DNA of 64,000 nucleotides. Origin: Octopus sinensis. Its lineage: Eukaryota. The notes beneath the pieces are model-generated. The model saw only the letters and a list, made by a program, of their open reading frames with translations. It searched no databases and was not told the origin of the DNA. A program made the position numbers and the translations under genes. Where the stretch lies: the NCBI RefSeq assembly GCF_006345805.1, contig NC_042997.1, positions 72,292,001-72,356,000 on the forward strand, written 5' to 3'. This document shows positions 53,201 to 64,000 of the stretch, one piece after another. How positions within the stretch are numbered: position 1 is the first letter of the stretch; each line of letters starts with the position of its first letter.

Positions 53201-54117
53201 TGCAAAACTTTGCTTTGGTTGATTTTGAAGCTTTAGTCATTGATTTATTGTTCATTCATGTTCTAGGGTTAATTCTGATCTTTACCTTAGATAAGTTGGA
53301 GCATCTTACTATGCTAGGTACTGGAAGGAGAATCCTGATTAACACCTTATACCACAGAAAATAATTAAAATAAATTTTCTTCTTGTTTACATTTACTTTT
53401 AATGTTAAACTAATGATTAACCATTTGCATTAAAATTTTATGTCTTAATATAAATTGCAGGATTAGTAATGTGATGAAGAAAACACCATTTGGTATTAGA
53501 TTATATTGTGAGTTCAAATCTTGCCAAGATCTGTTTTGGTTTCATCCTTCATGAACAATGAAATTAACTTTATTCAGCATGTCTACAATCACATTACTAA
53601 AACCAGTAAAAGATAAAACAAGTTGTCTCACAATCACTACCAAATCTGTACCATTTGTTTTGATTCCTGGTTGTAGTTATTTCTCTTGTACTATAAATGC
53701 CCTTGGGAAAAGTAGGATTAACAATCCCTGAATCTTTAGTTAATAAAGTTGAACACTCACGAAAGAATACCTCTGTTTATAAATACCAGGCAATCACCTA
53801 TCACACTAATACACAAAATATAAATTGTGTGTGTATGCATACATATCTATTTATCTTATATGTACATAAATGTGTATGTATATTTTACCTTACACATGAC
53901 AAGCTCAGAGGTGCATGATTTAGTGGTTAAGGGGATTCAGTTCATGATTATACAGCTGTGAGTTATGTCCTTGAGCAAGCCCCTTTATTTCACATCACTG
54001 CAGTCCACTCACTGGTGAAAACGTGTTGTGCCTGTGTTCAAACAGTCAGCCTTGTCACATTCTATTTATGGAGTGGGAATGCTAAGCAGTGATGTTTATA
54101 AATGCAATATTATTACC

Positions 54118-54480
54118 AGTTCAAATACGCTTATATAGCATGTTCAAATCCATAAGCAAACCATTCATTGTGTTTTGTCATGAAGAAAATTTCTCACTAT
54201 AGACAAATGGTGAAAATATATCTAAATCAGCTTGCAGTGAGATGCTAGCATTTTGGAGTGGTTATCTTCATACAAAAAAAAAAAAAAAATGAACTGTTGT
54301 GAACTGCAAGCTGATAAGAGGAGATAACCACTCCAAAATACTAGCATCTCACAGTCTGAGTAGGTGGCGCTGTGAGCTGATTTAGATGTGTTTACACAAT
54401 TTGTCTATAGTGAGAAGTTTTCTCCATGATAAAACAAAACAAAATGAATGGTTTGAACATGCCATAAGCATATTTGAACT
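54118..54480. repeat. Imperfect fold-back, MITE-like (about 150-bp arms)
   Basis: AGTTCAAATA...GGAGTGGTTATCT (54118-54267) versus AGATAACCACTCC...TATTTGAACT (54322-54480) with indels; no clear TSD. Confidence 0.8.
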
Positions 54481-54964
54481 AGAAATAACATTGCATCTGA
54501 GAACTATGTTAAAGGTATGTGTGTCTGTGGAGTGCTAGGCTACCTGCATGTTAATTTCATGAGCAGGCTATTCCATTGATCAACTGGAACCCTTGTTGTC
54601 GTAACTGATGGAGTGCCAGTTGGTTACACAAGTACACACACATATCTGGAATGCAGACGTGTTTGAATGGTTAAGAAGTTTCTTTCACAACCTGAATTTG
54701 ATACCACTGCTGGTATAGGGCAATTATCTTTACAATAGAGAGAAAATGTACAAGCCCAAACGGTGGATTGTATCTTTAATACTATCAACTGGTTAAGCTC
54801 CAAATTAATAAATACAGTAGAGTAATGAACAACATTTGGTGAGCAATGGAAGTAAAAAAGATTAATATCCCTTCGAATGTGTTTTATTTGGAGATGTATT
54901 AGAACTGCTACAAGTTGCTTGCCTCTGCCTTTTGAAGAAGTTTCAGGAAACAACAATCCAAAAA

Positions 54965-55105
54965 TAAATAATAATCCTTTCTACAAAAATCACAAGGCCT
55001 GAAATTTTGGAGGAGGGGGTTAGTTGATTAAATTGACCTAGTGCTCAACTGGTACTTATTTTATTGACCCCAAAAGGATGAAAGGCAAAGTCAACCTCAA
55101 CAGAA
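54965..55105 (-). mobile_element. SINE family C copy
   Basis: (AAT)n-CCTTTCTAC...CTGGTACTTATTTT...GAAAGGCAAAGTCAACC signature. Confidence 0.75.
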
Positions 55106-56479
55106 TACTAAAAAGAAAATAATAATGGCTTTAATTTTGGGTACATGGCTAGCGATTTTAGTGGAGGAGAATGGTCAGTTACATTAACCCCAGTACTCTT
55201 TATCCTACTGATACACACACACACATATATATAGAAAGAAATACAACTGACAAACTAACAATTCATTTACACTATAATATAAAAAACATAATACAATACA
55301 ACATAAATATTTTTAAAAACCATATGAAACCAACAATTTGTTTTGACTTATATACATTCATTGATTTATAAAAATTCCTATCGATGTATACAAGTCTCTT
55401 CATGGCCCTGGTTCAAAAGACAGATGAAATTCTATGTAAAGAACTGTCAGATTGCAAAAATATACTGATAAACTAAGTAAATTGGGACTTTTTATTTGTA
55501 GGTTACTTAGAATATTGTTTATATCAGTAACAATAAATAAATGTGAACAGTTATTATATATTATCACTATATATATTTTTTTGAGTAATCAACCATATTT
55601 GAACGTGTACACGCATATATATTTATAAAATAAAAATATTGGATCAACATATTTTATTTCCATCTGTAAAACTACGTTAATTTCTGGTAATTTTTGATTA
55701 TATTATATATTATATATTATTAAAATGGCCAGTGATTATTTTCGATTTAAATACTATATAAAAACTTTTTATGACCATTGTAAATTTTCTTTTCTTGATT
55801 ATTTTATCCATCTGAATTTTGTTCTTTCATTGTACTTATTATGTATTTGAATTTTTTAATGCTCATGCTCCCAAACATAGGTATTTTGAATCAGTATATT
55901 TTTGCAATCTGGCAGTCTTTTACATGAAATTTCGTCTGTCTTTTGAACGAAGACTTGTATACATAGACTAGACTACCCATGACCCATTCGGTCACAGGGA
56001 AAGTCTGAGTTTCCCAGCAATGGAATTTTGTTTCATGGGTTTTTTTTCCTTTTCCAAGTTATTTTGTATGCTTTCTATGAATGTGACATTGAAGTCATTC
56101 CAGAAAAGGAAAGGTTTGGCTGCTATTTCTTACATACCTTGCTACCACGTAGCAGGTATTTGGGGTCCTTTATCGCAAAAAGCAGTTGCTTGGTAGCAGG
56201 ACATGCTAGAAATAGCAGCCAAATCTTTGAAAGTGAGATACGCTGAATGTACTTGAAAAAAACCTATACTCTTAATTGTTTCAGCCATTTCACTGCGGTC
56301 ATGCTGGAGCATCGCCTTTAGTCGAGCAAATCGACCCCAGGACTTATTCTTTGGAACAGCGACCTGTTCACTCACAAAACTTCATGCTGCATCTGAGAAA
56401 GTGACAGTTCATAATATATAGGTGTTTATGTATGTATATGTGTATGTATGTATGTGTAAATGCGCATGCATATACACAT

Positions 56480-56990
56480 ATGTCATTATTAAGTTTATTT
56501 CAAGATTTTTTGCCAATAGAGAAAGAACTGGTTTCTTACCTAGATCCAAGGCTCCTTCATTGAAATTCCAACATCAACAACACATTAACAACAGGGTACT
56601 TTTGTTTGTATGTGTGTGTGTGTGTGTGCAGATTTGTATGTTTTATGTATGTATTCTCATGCATATACTTGCATATCTAGTCATGCTCACATTCATTTAA
56701 ATGATAAACTTTTGCAAAGTTTTACAGATTTTTACAGTTCCAGTGATGGATTGGATCTGTAGTCTTTGAATTAGTTTTCTCCTTTCTGGTTTTGAGAAGC
56801 CTAATTTCTCAACATTGTTATATAGGCAGTGTGTTACATATTCCAGGGTCCCAATAATTACAGGCTTAAACCTGAACTTGTAATCTGGATAGAGTAACTG
56901 CAGATTTCTCAATAGTTCAGCATAGGTGTTCTCTTTTTCACTGATCTTCAGCTCTATGTTAACATCCACTGGGCAGCTAATTACCACAAC
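56480..56990 (-). mobile_element. 3' end of an RLE-type non-LTR retrotransposon (second family)
   Basis: ISCPVDVNIELKISEKENTYAELLRNLQLLYP...KPVIIGTL...QSITGTVKICKT* followed by a UTR. Confidence 0.75.
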
Positions 56991-58018
56991 TGTATGTATA
57001 TGTGTGTGCGTGTGTGTGTATGTATGTATGTGAGCAGTTACATGTGTGTCAACATGTCTGTGTATGTGTATATGTATGTAAATGTATGTCTATGTACTGT
57101 TATATGTGTCTATTCAAGTTGTATATATAACTGTTACTCTTTGTATACATATATATGTTCTGAGTACACAATCTCAGATCAAGTCACTTGCTATGCAAGT
57201 ACATCTCCGTGAATAGGAAGATTATCTCTATGAAATGTTATATTGCTTTAGTTGAAATGAAAATAAAATTTCGTATTGACACTGACCAGCCTTCACATAT
57301 ATATGGTGTGTTTAATAAAGTAGCTAACACGGAAAGACACACTGTGAGACATATACACACTCAAACACTCACAGACAGATATAGTCATATACAAAATGTG
57401 ATATCATCGTCATCATGGTTAGAATTAAAAATAAAAGTATAAAAATGAAACGATATATCACATTACAATACAGATATTATTGTTTCACTTTTATTCTTTG
57501 AGTTTTGACATGTAATACGTAACCAGTACCAATGCTGCATTGTTTTAATCCAAAAAAATTACATGTTGACACTCACAGGGTCTGATAGTATAAATTTAAT
57601 TTGATTTGGTTGAGCCATTTGAGAATGCATTGGGAACAGACAGAGAGACAAAGGATTTTATACATATATATATATATATAAATATATATGATTATAATAT
57701 AATATATATTATATATTTTATATGCTTATATATATATTTTATATATATATATAATATATATATAAGGTAAGTAGAGTTAGCAGTTGGAATAACTGTCTAA
57801 GGGATAAGAATATCCGTTATTACTACCAGTATAAATTACCTATGTTAACCCTGGGTATGGATATGCAAGCATACTATGCTCATAGGATACAGGTTATAAC
57901 AAAATAAAACAAGAGCTTGTGAGGAATCAAATTTAAATTAAGCAGGAAATGGAGAAAATTTTTGATCAACAAACAAATTGACTACCATCGGTTATTATTT
58001 TTTTTAATACAAAACTTG

Positions 58019-58258
58019 TAAGGTGGATCCATGTGGTGTATGTGGGAGGAGGGTAATGGCAAATGTGGTGTTGTGTATGTCATGTGAGAAATAGATTCAT
58101 GGTAAATGTACGAAAACGAAGGTAACCCCAAGACTGGCAAGAGAGTTTATTTTTGGAAGATGTGAGTAAAGAGCTGGAGGGCTGCTGGAACCAGTGGAAA
58201 CACAATGTGATGAGGTGGAAATGGTGAGAGGGTTTTGTTATTTGGGGGATAAGGCAGA
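58019..58258 (+). mobile_element. RTE RT fragment (second family) spanning the PHD-like insert
   Basis: KVDPCGVCGRRVMANVVLCMSCEK*IHGKCTKTKVTPRLAREFIFGRCE*...DEVEMVRGFCYLGDK. Confidence 0.75.
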
Positions 58259-58582
58259 TGTGAAGCAATTTTAGCAAAACATATTAAACAACACTAATAA
58301 TAAATCAAAAAACATAAAAATAAACAAGCTGTTGACAGTTTTATAGCTATTTCAAAATCATGATAATAATAATAATAATGAAATTATTGTATACAGTGCT
58401 CAGGTGCACCACAACTTGTCAGATGATGCTATGATGCTAGGTGTTACCATTATTTTGTCCAACCCCTGTAGATATATATATATATATATATATACATAAA
58501 TATATGTATGTATACATATATATACACACACAAAAACAGTATTCAGTATTAATATTACATTAGTGAAGTTTCAGCTTCAATT

Positions 58583-58622
<40 letters not shown>

Positions 58623-59695
58623 CATGTACACATTTTAGGCTAATTATGTCAGACAGTTCTGTTATATGACTAGGTCAATGGCAACTAAACCAGTACCCAT
58701 CTATCAAATTAATCTGGTGAAGACGCTTGTTAAAAAAAAAAAAGAGTTAATACAATGTGTGGAAAACTCGATATACTTGATTGAGATGGTGAATAAAACA
58801 TGTAAGATCACTTTAGGAGTGAATGATCTTTGATTCTTGTCAACATCTGTTCTGGAGTCAGGTAAACAGGGTTTCTTATCTGTAATAGAGCAACCCTTCT
58901 GCACTACCCTGATGCCTGATAGCTGAATTTAGGAAGACAATGCTTAGGTGTACACCATTGTCATTATTATTTTGATGTCCACTTTTTCATGAACACGAGT
59001 CAAAATAAATTCACTGCAGCAGACTTTCTATGGTTGAGTATTCTTCATGTCATTTCCAAGCAAGGCAATGTCATCCCAGTGGCTGGACATGTTTTCACAG
59101 AAGATTTGAAATGAATTACACTGCTTATATAATGACATTCATTTACAACTAATATGTGATGTCTAGACAGGAAGACAGAAACACACACATACATAATATG
59201 TAAGACTTTTATTGACATTGCAAGCTGGAGACACTTGCCTGAGGTGCAACACAATGGCACTGAACCTAAATCCATGTTTTTAGGAAACAAACTTAACTAC
59301 ACAGCTATGCCACTCTATAACCATGCCTGCATCCTGAGAAGAATAAAGTGTGAATTAAATGTCAAAGTAGTTTCTAACATACTGGAATTCTGGTAGCTCT
59401 AACAGCTAAGGGAGGTACCAGTGATTTTGGGCCACCCTTGCCACTGGATGTATCTCCTTCACAACTAAGATACTAATGCTAACACAATGTGTACTACCAC
59501 AAAGCCAATATAAAGCTGCATCGGACAGCTACCGTCTTCTGCAACATATATCATGAATCTCTGAGTTGTCATTGCTATTGTAGTGATCAGGATATCACAG
59601 ACAATTGCAATAATGAAACACTACTACTTCCATACTTTCCTCACACAGTAGACTTAGCACAGGCGGTAGAGTTTCAATTTTCCAATTATCTACAC

Positions 59696-59934
59696 CAGAG
59701 GTTCTCAATCAGTTCTTGCCTATGGCCTCCTTTGATTCTTATTTTACTTGGCTGGACTCTCATAGCCTTTTGATGCTTAAAAAAATCCCATCATATTTTT
59801 ATAATTAAATATTATTAGGAATTTTCAAAACAAAACACTGTTAAAATAGTTTGTGTACCATAGAAGTATAACCAATTTATTGAACATAAATTTTAACAAC
59901 AAAATCTTATATGGTCCCCAGTTGAGAACTACTA
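59696..59934. mobile_element. hAT-type MITE inserted in a mariner remnant
   Basis: TIRs CAGAGGTTCTCAA / TTGAGAACTACTA; perfect 8-bp TSD ATCTACAC at 59688-59695 and 59935-59942; upstream LPYFPHTVDLAQ resembles mariner HPPYSPDLAP. Confidence 0.88.
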
Positions 59935-61999
59935 ATCTACACAGATATATCTTGTCAGTTTTGCTATTGAAAAATTTGTGTAAACTAGTGACTGGTCCAT
60001 TGAAACCTGTAACCAACAATGCAACTGTCCACACACTCTGATATAGATAAATATCTATTTTGCATCCTGGCATTAAACAGAAAGATCTGCAATACATAAT
60101 TTCCAATTCCTCTCAATATTATACAATCTTAACTGCAAGAACCAACATAGTTGCTATTTCTCAAGATTTCTCTAGCTTATTTCTACTACCAATTTTTCTC
60201 CCAGCATGCATCATTCAGCTTATTCATATTAAAGTCAATGATGTCACTTAACCTGCCTGAAATCTCTTCAAAACATCCGACTTGTTAAAGAAAAATGGAG
60301 TAAAAAACAATAGGGTTATCACAGCAGAAGTGCCTTTCATCAGAGTTCTATGTTAACAGGTCTGACCCAGGGCTAAACAACAACAATACATACCTATGTT
60401 TCATTGCCATCCATCATCAGAAAAAAGAAAAAGAAAACAGCAAGTAAAATGTTTCCTGATATAGAGTCAGAATAAGAATGAGGAAAGAAGAAAAAGGAAA
60501 GAGCAGATCAAGAAAAAAATAAGAGATAAAGAAGACCAAAGAAAAAATGAAAGAGAAGAATGAAAAAAATAAAAACGGCAGGAGAGCAAATTCAGTCTTA
60601 AAAGAGAGTCGTAAGGTTAGGCAAAACTGGGTCTGTTTATCAAACATACAACTTTCCTTTGAACTCTTCTAGTACTTTTGAATGAGTGTATGTATGGAGA
60701 GTGTAATTTTGCTTTAAAATCATTTTAAAATTATTGGACAAGCTCAAGTATTTTCACAGCTGCAGTAACAGTAAAACAGAATGTATCTATTCTGAAATGT
60801 TTATAACATTTTATGTGGAAAAAAAAACCCTTTTAAATTAGTTTGGATATAATGATCTAGTACATAGTTATGAATATTTAACCTGTAATATGGAGAGGGA
60901 ATGGAAAATTTGAAGCAATCACACCATTCTTAAAGAACTGGCATCTTCAGAGTAGGGATGAAAACTGGATTACAGGCTGCATACAAAGAACTTACGATGA
61001 TATCATAGAACTTGCCTTTCACTTAAAAGACTTGAGACGAAAGTTAATTTTTTTATTTTAAATTATACGTTTTTAAATACCTATTTTGATTTAAGACTGG
61101 TTCTATGGTTAGCCCTCTCTCCTAATACCAAACATTTAACTATAATGGAGGAGGGACATGCAATTTCATTTAGCAGGCTGAGAGAAAGAGAAATAATGTA
61201 TGTTGTCTCAAGAAGTAGCAGTTTTGAACACATAACCTTGAGTTAGTAGGCTAGCATTTTAGACACTATCACCAAGTTACACATAATATAAATAAATGTC
61301 TTTTAGAGCAAAGCAAAAATAAACAAAAAAATACTGGATTTGGAACATTTTCATACAACAAAAAATATACAGAAAACTATAATGTAGTGCTAATTATTTT
61401 TATATCTAAATTATTAAATTACATTTTTTGTGATTTAGTTTTGTTTTATAAGATTATGTATTTTCGATTAGACCAGTTAAGATAGGTAACAGAAGCAACA
61501 AAGTGTTATTAAAGATGGATAGCAATTGGTTCAACAGTATATATTAGAATTTAGAAAATATAAAATGGACATCAAAATTAAATACTAAAATATCTATAGA
61601 ATCAGAACAGATACTATGTTGTTAAGACTGATGTAAAACAAAGTTAAGTTTACCAATCTACATTAAATTTGTAATAATAATGATGGTAATTGTTGTAATA
61701 ATAATGATATTAACAGTTTCAACATACAAAATTTTGACAATAGCTGTCAAGTAACTAATTTTTATGGTAACAGACATAACTGTTATGGTAACAGTTAAAA
61801 TCTGATGCATTCTGAAAGGTCAGGTTGGCCATATAGTAGACACCACTGCTCTTTCTTTATGGTTAAAATGTTACATAAGTCACAATGAAGAAGCTGAATA
61901 GAACTTTAGAATATAAGTCTTTAAAGAAACATTTTCTTATGATTCCAGCTCAACACTTTTCCCTTGCTTGTGCTTTTTGACTCCTTTCACTTTTGGCAG

Positions 62000-62990
62000 T
62001 TCTACAAACATATACTACAGTCTTCAGTGAAAGGCAGAAGAAATCAGGATTCAAGTTAAAACTGAATACACCAGAGGAGACATTTACACCAAACTGCTAA
62101 TTGAGAACACCAATGTGACTTCTATCACAACTTTATTAATTTCAAAAGAAGCCTTTGGCTATATTTGCAATGTGAGATTTCAACTTTGATAATAACTTCA
62201 TCCAAGAAACTCTCAAACAGTACAAGTTGCCTGAATAACAACATTGCAGTTAGCTTCAGGAGAACAACTGGAGTTCATAAAGACTGTAATTTCTCTCAAG
62301 TACTTTTCAGCATCTGGAAAATCTTTCGTCCAAGGATAATATGGAGCCTTACATCTCCATTTCCATCAGAGGGTGGCCTCATAAAAATGCATTTTGTTGA
62401 TGATGTCAACTGAATGGGAAGCAGCAAAACAGAACTCAAGACTGGAAAACGCAGCAGGAATATGTGGAATGGGGATCGATTCAGAAAGGACAAGATGCCT
62501 ATCAACAGCCACAGCCAGAATACTGTAACTGACAAATACTGAATGGATAAAATCTTCTTGGAGTGGTCAATCTTAAATGCTTTACATCTACTTTAAGCAA
62601 GCATAGCAGCTCAATAAAGAAGATAAATGCAAGATTTAACTTGTCTAAACAGATTATATGTAATAGCTTTCCCATTCCACAAAGCACAAGCTATGTACTC
62701 ATTGGCTTTAATCTTTCTGTATGGGTAGGAAAGTTGAACACTTGCAGTTAATGCAAAACAAAGGATCCAGGTGTTCCAGCACAAGTGCTTCAGGAGGCTG
62801 CCAAGCAGATTGTAGACAGAATTTCTGCAGTCTTATCAGACAAAAAGTCAGCAAATAGGTTAACAAGCAGGAACACACCTTGTTATAGTGTCACAACTTC
62901 CCATCCAAAATCATTCTCCAGAGCAAAAATGCAGAAGGGCAGGCAAATTCTCAGTGGCAAATGATGAGTACTGGATCATCTGGAGTAGCA
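62000..62990 (+). mobile_element. Heavily decayed RTE LINE RT
   Basis: DCNFSQVLFSI (GCxLSPxLF), MHFVDD (FADD), LFLYG*ES*TL-like, RIQVFQHKCFRRL and SKIILQ across several frames. Confidence 0.75.
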
Positions 62991-63511
62991 CCCCAACAAC
63001 AAACTGTGCCGGTAACAATAAGCTAATGATGGCAAATAGAACACAAATTATAGATAATATAGGCATCCAAAACATATCTGCATAACTGATGAAGATTAAT
63101 GCTTTAGTTACAAAACTGAACTTAGTCTTAGAAGTAACCAGCAATAAAACTAATGACTCTATTCTATTTAACATATTACCACACATATGAAAGAGAACAA
63201 TTTCTTTTTTTATATTATGAATGTCTATTAACGTTTTTGTTACAAATCTACCAATAGATACCTGAAAAAATTTGGGTAACTGTTACTCATAACTGCCCAA
63301 AGTGACCCTATTCGTATTTTAATGTGAATTTGAGTGCAAATCTTGTTAAAATATTCATGAAAACATATGATTGTACTATGTAAACAGTTAAGTTACACTG
63401 GCCAACATTTTACATGATATCTGAATGCTGCAAATTCTTAAAGATTTTTTCCCTCCACTTCCATTTTCAGAAATGTTTCACTATGGATGAAAACTGGATA
63501 CCAGTTTTATT

Positions 63512-63900
63512 TTGTCAAGCAGTGAGTTTGAATTTGAGGTATTTTTGAAAGAAGACATAGAAAAATCTAAGAAAATATACGGCAAACATAAAAAGCATGT
63601 GTATGATTCTGAGTTGGATATTTCTATTTCCAAAAGCAAAACAATTCTAACAACAGTTTCAATAGTGATAAAAAGAAGTGAATTTGCATCTGAATATAGT
63701 AAGAATTTTATTTTAAAAATTGTTTCCTTAGCTATTTTTAGGAAGAAATTAGATCTAGCCATTGTCTTTCCAAGAAAATGAAACCCGTAGAATATTTTTT
63801 TCACTTTTTCCTTTGAAGCAGTTACTGCAGAAACAAATCATTATGCAGGACATAGACACAGAGGAAAAAGAAAATTTGAGGTTTCCCCCATACTTGGAAG
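63512..63900 (+). mobile_element. Possible piggyBac transposase N-terminal remnant
   Basis: Acidic Ser-rich start followed by NP*NIFFTF...AETNHYA (cf. PxxIFxxFF...ETNRYA). Confidence 0.4.
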
Positions 63901-64000
63901 AAAGTCAAAAATCCGAGTATCTTCAGAAATATTAATTTCCAATTTTCTTTTTTCAAATTTTCCTCATTTTTATTTATTATTTCCCTGTAAATTAAGATAT

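Noticed and set aside
62165-63186. Apparent membrane-protein ORFs on the minus strand and KDPGVPAQVLQEAAK on the plus strand
   Set aside because: Off-frame or antisense readings of a decayed RTE reverse transcriptase

Overview
AT-rich, microsatellite-laden eukaryotic DNA, most likely intronic or intergenic. The SINE, RTE and Penelope repeat content resembles an octopus/coleoid cephalopod genome (inference from recalled repeat families, not verified). I can support only one host exon: minus strand 1203-1335, product unidentified. The rest is decayed mobile DNA: three tRNA-SINE families, RTE LINEs (two with a C4HC3 PHD-like finger inside the RT), restriction-like-endonuclease non-LTR fragments, a Penelope-like element (RT plus GIY-YIG), Tigger, Tc1/mariner, piggyBac, hAT and Helitron remnants. 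The ORF track is almost entirely spurious microsatellite or transposon frames. The most notable signal is a set of at least nine fold-back (inverted-repeat) structures. Three of them (7884-8561, 40501-42115, 42834-43172) carry minimal type I hammerhead ribozyme motifs of three unrelated sequence families. All three are arranged head-to-head with one arm abutting a (TA)n run. Coordinates of decayed elements are approximate, read by eye.
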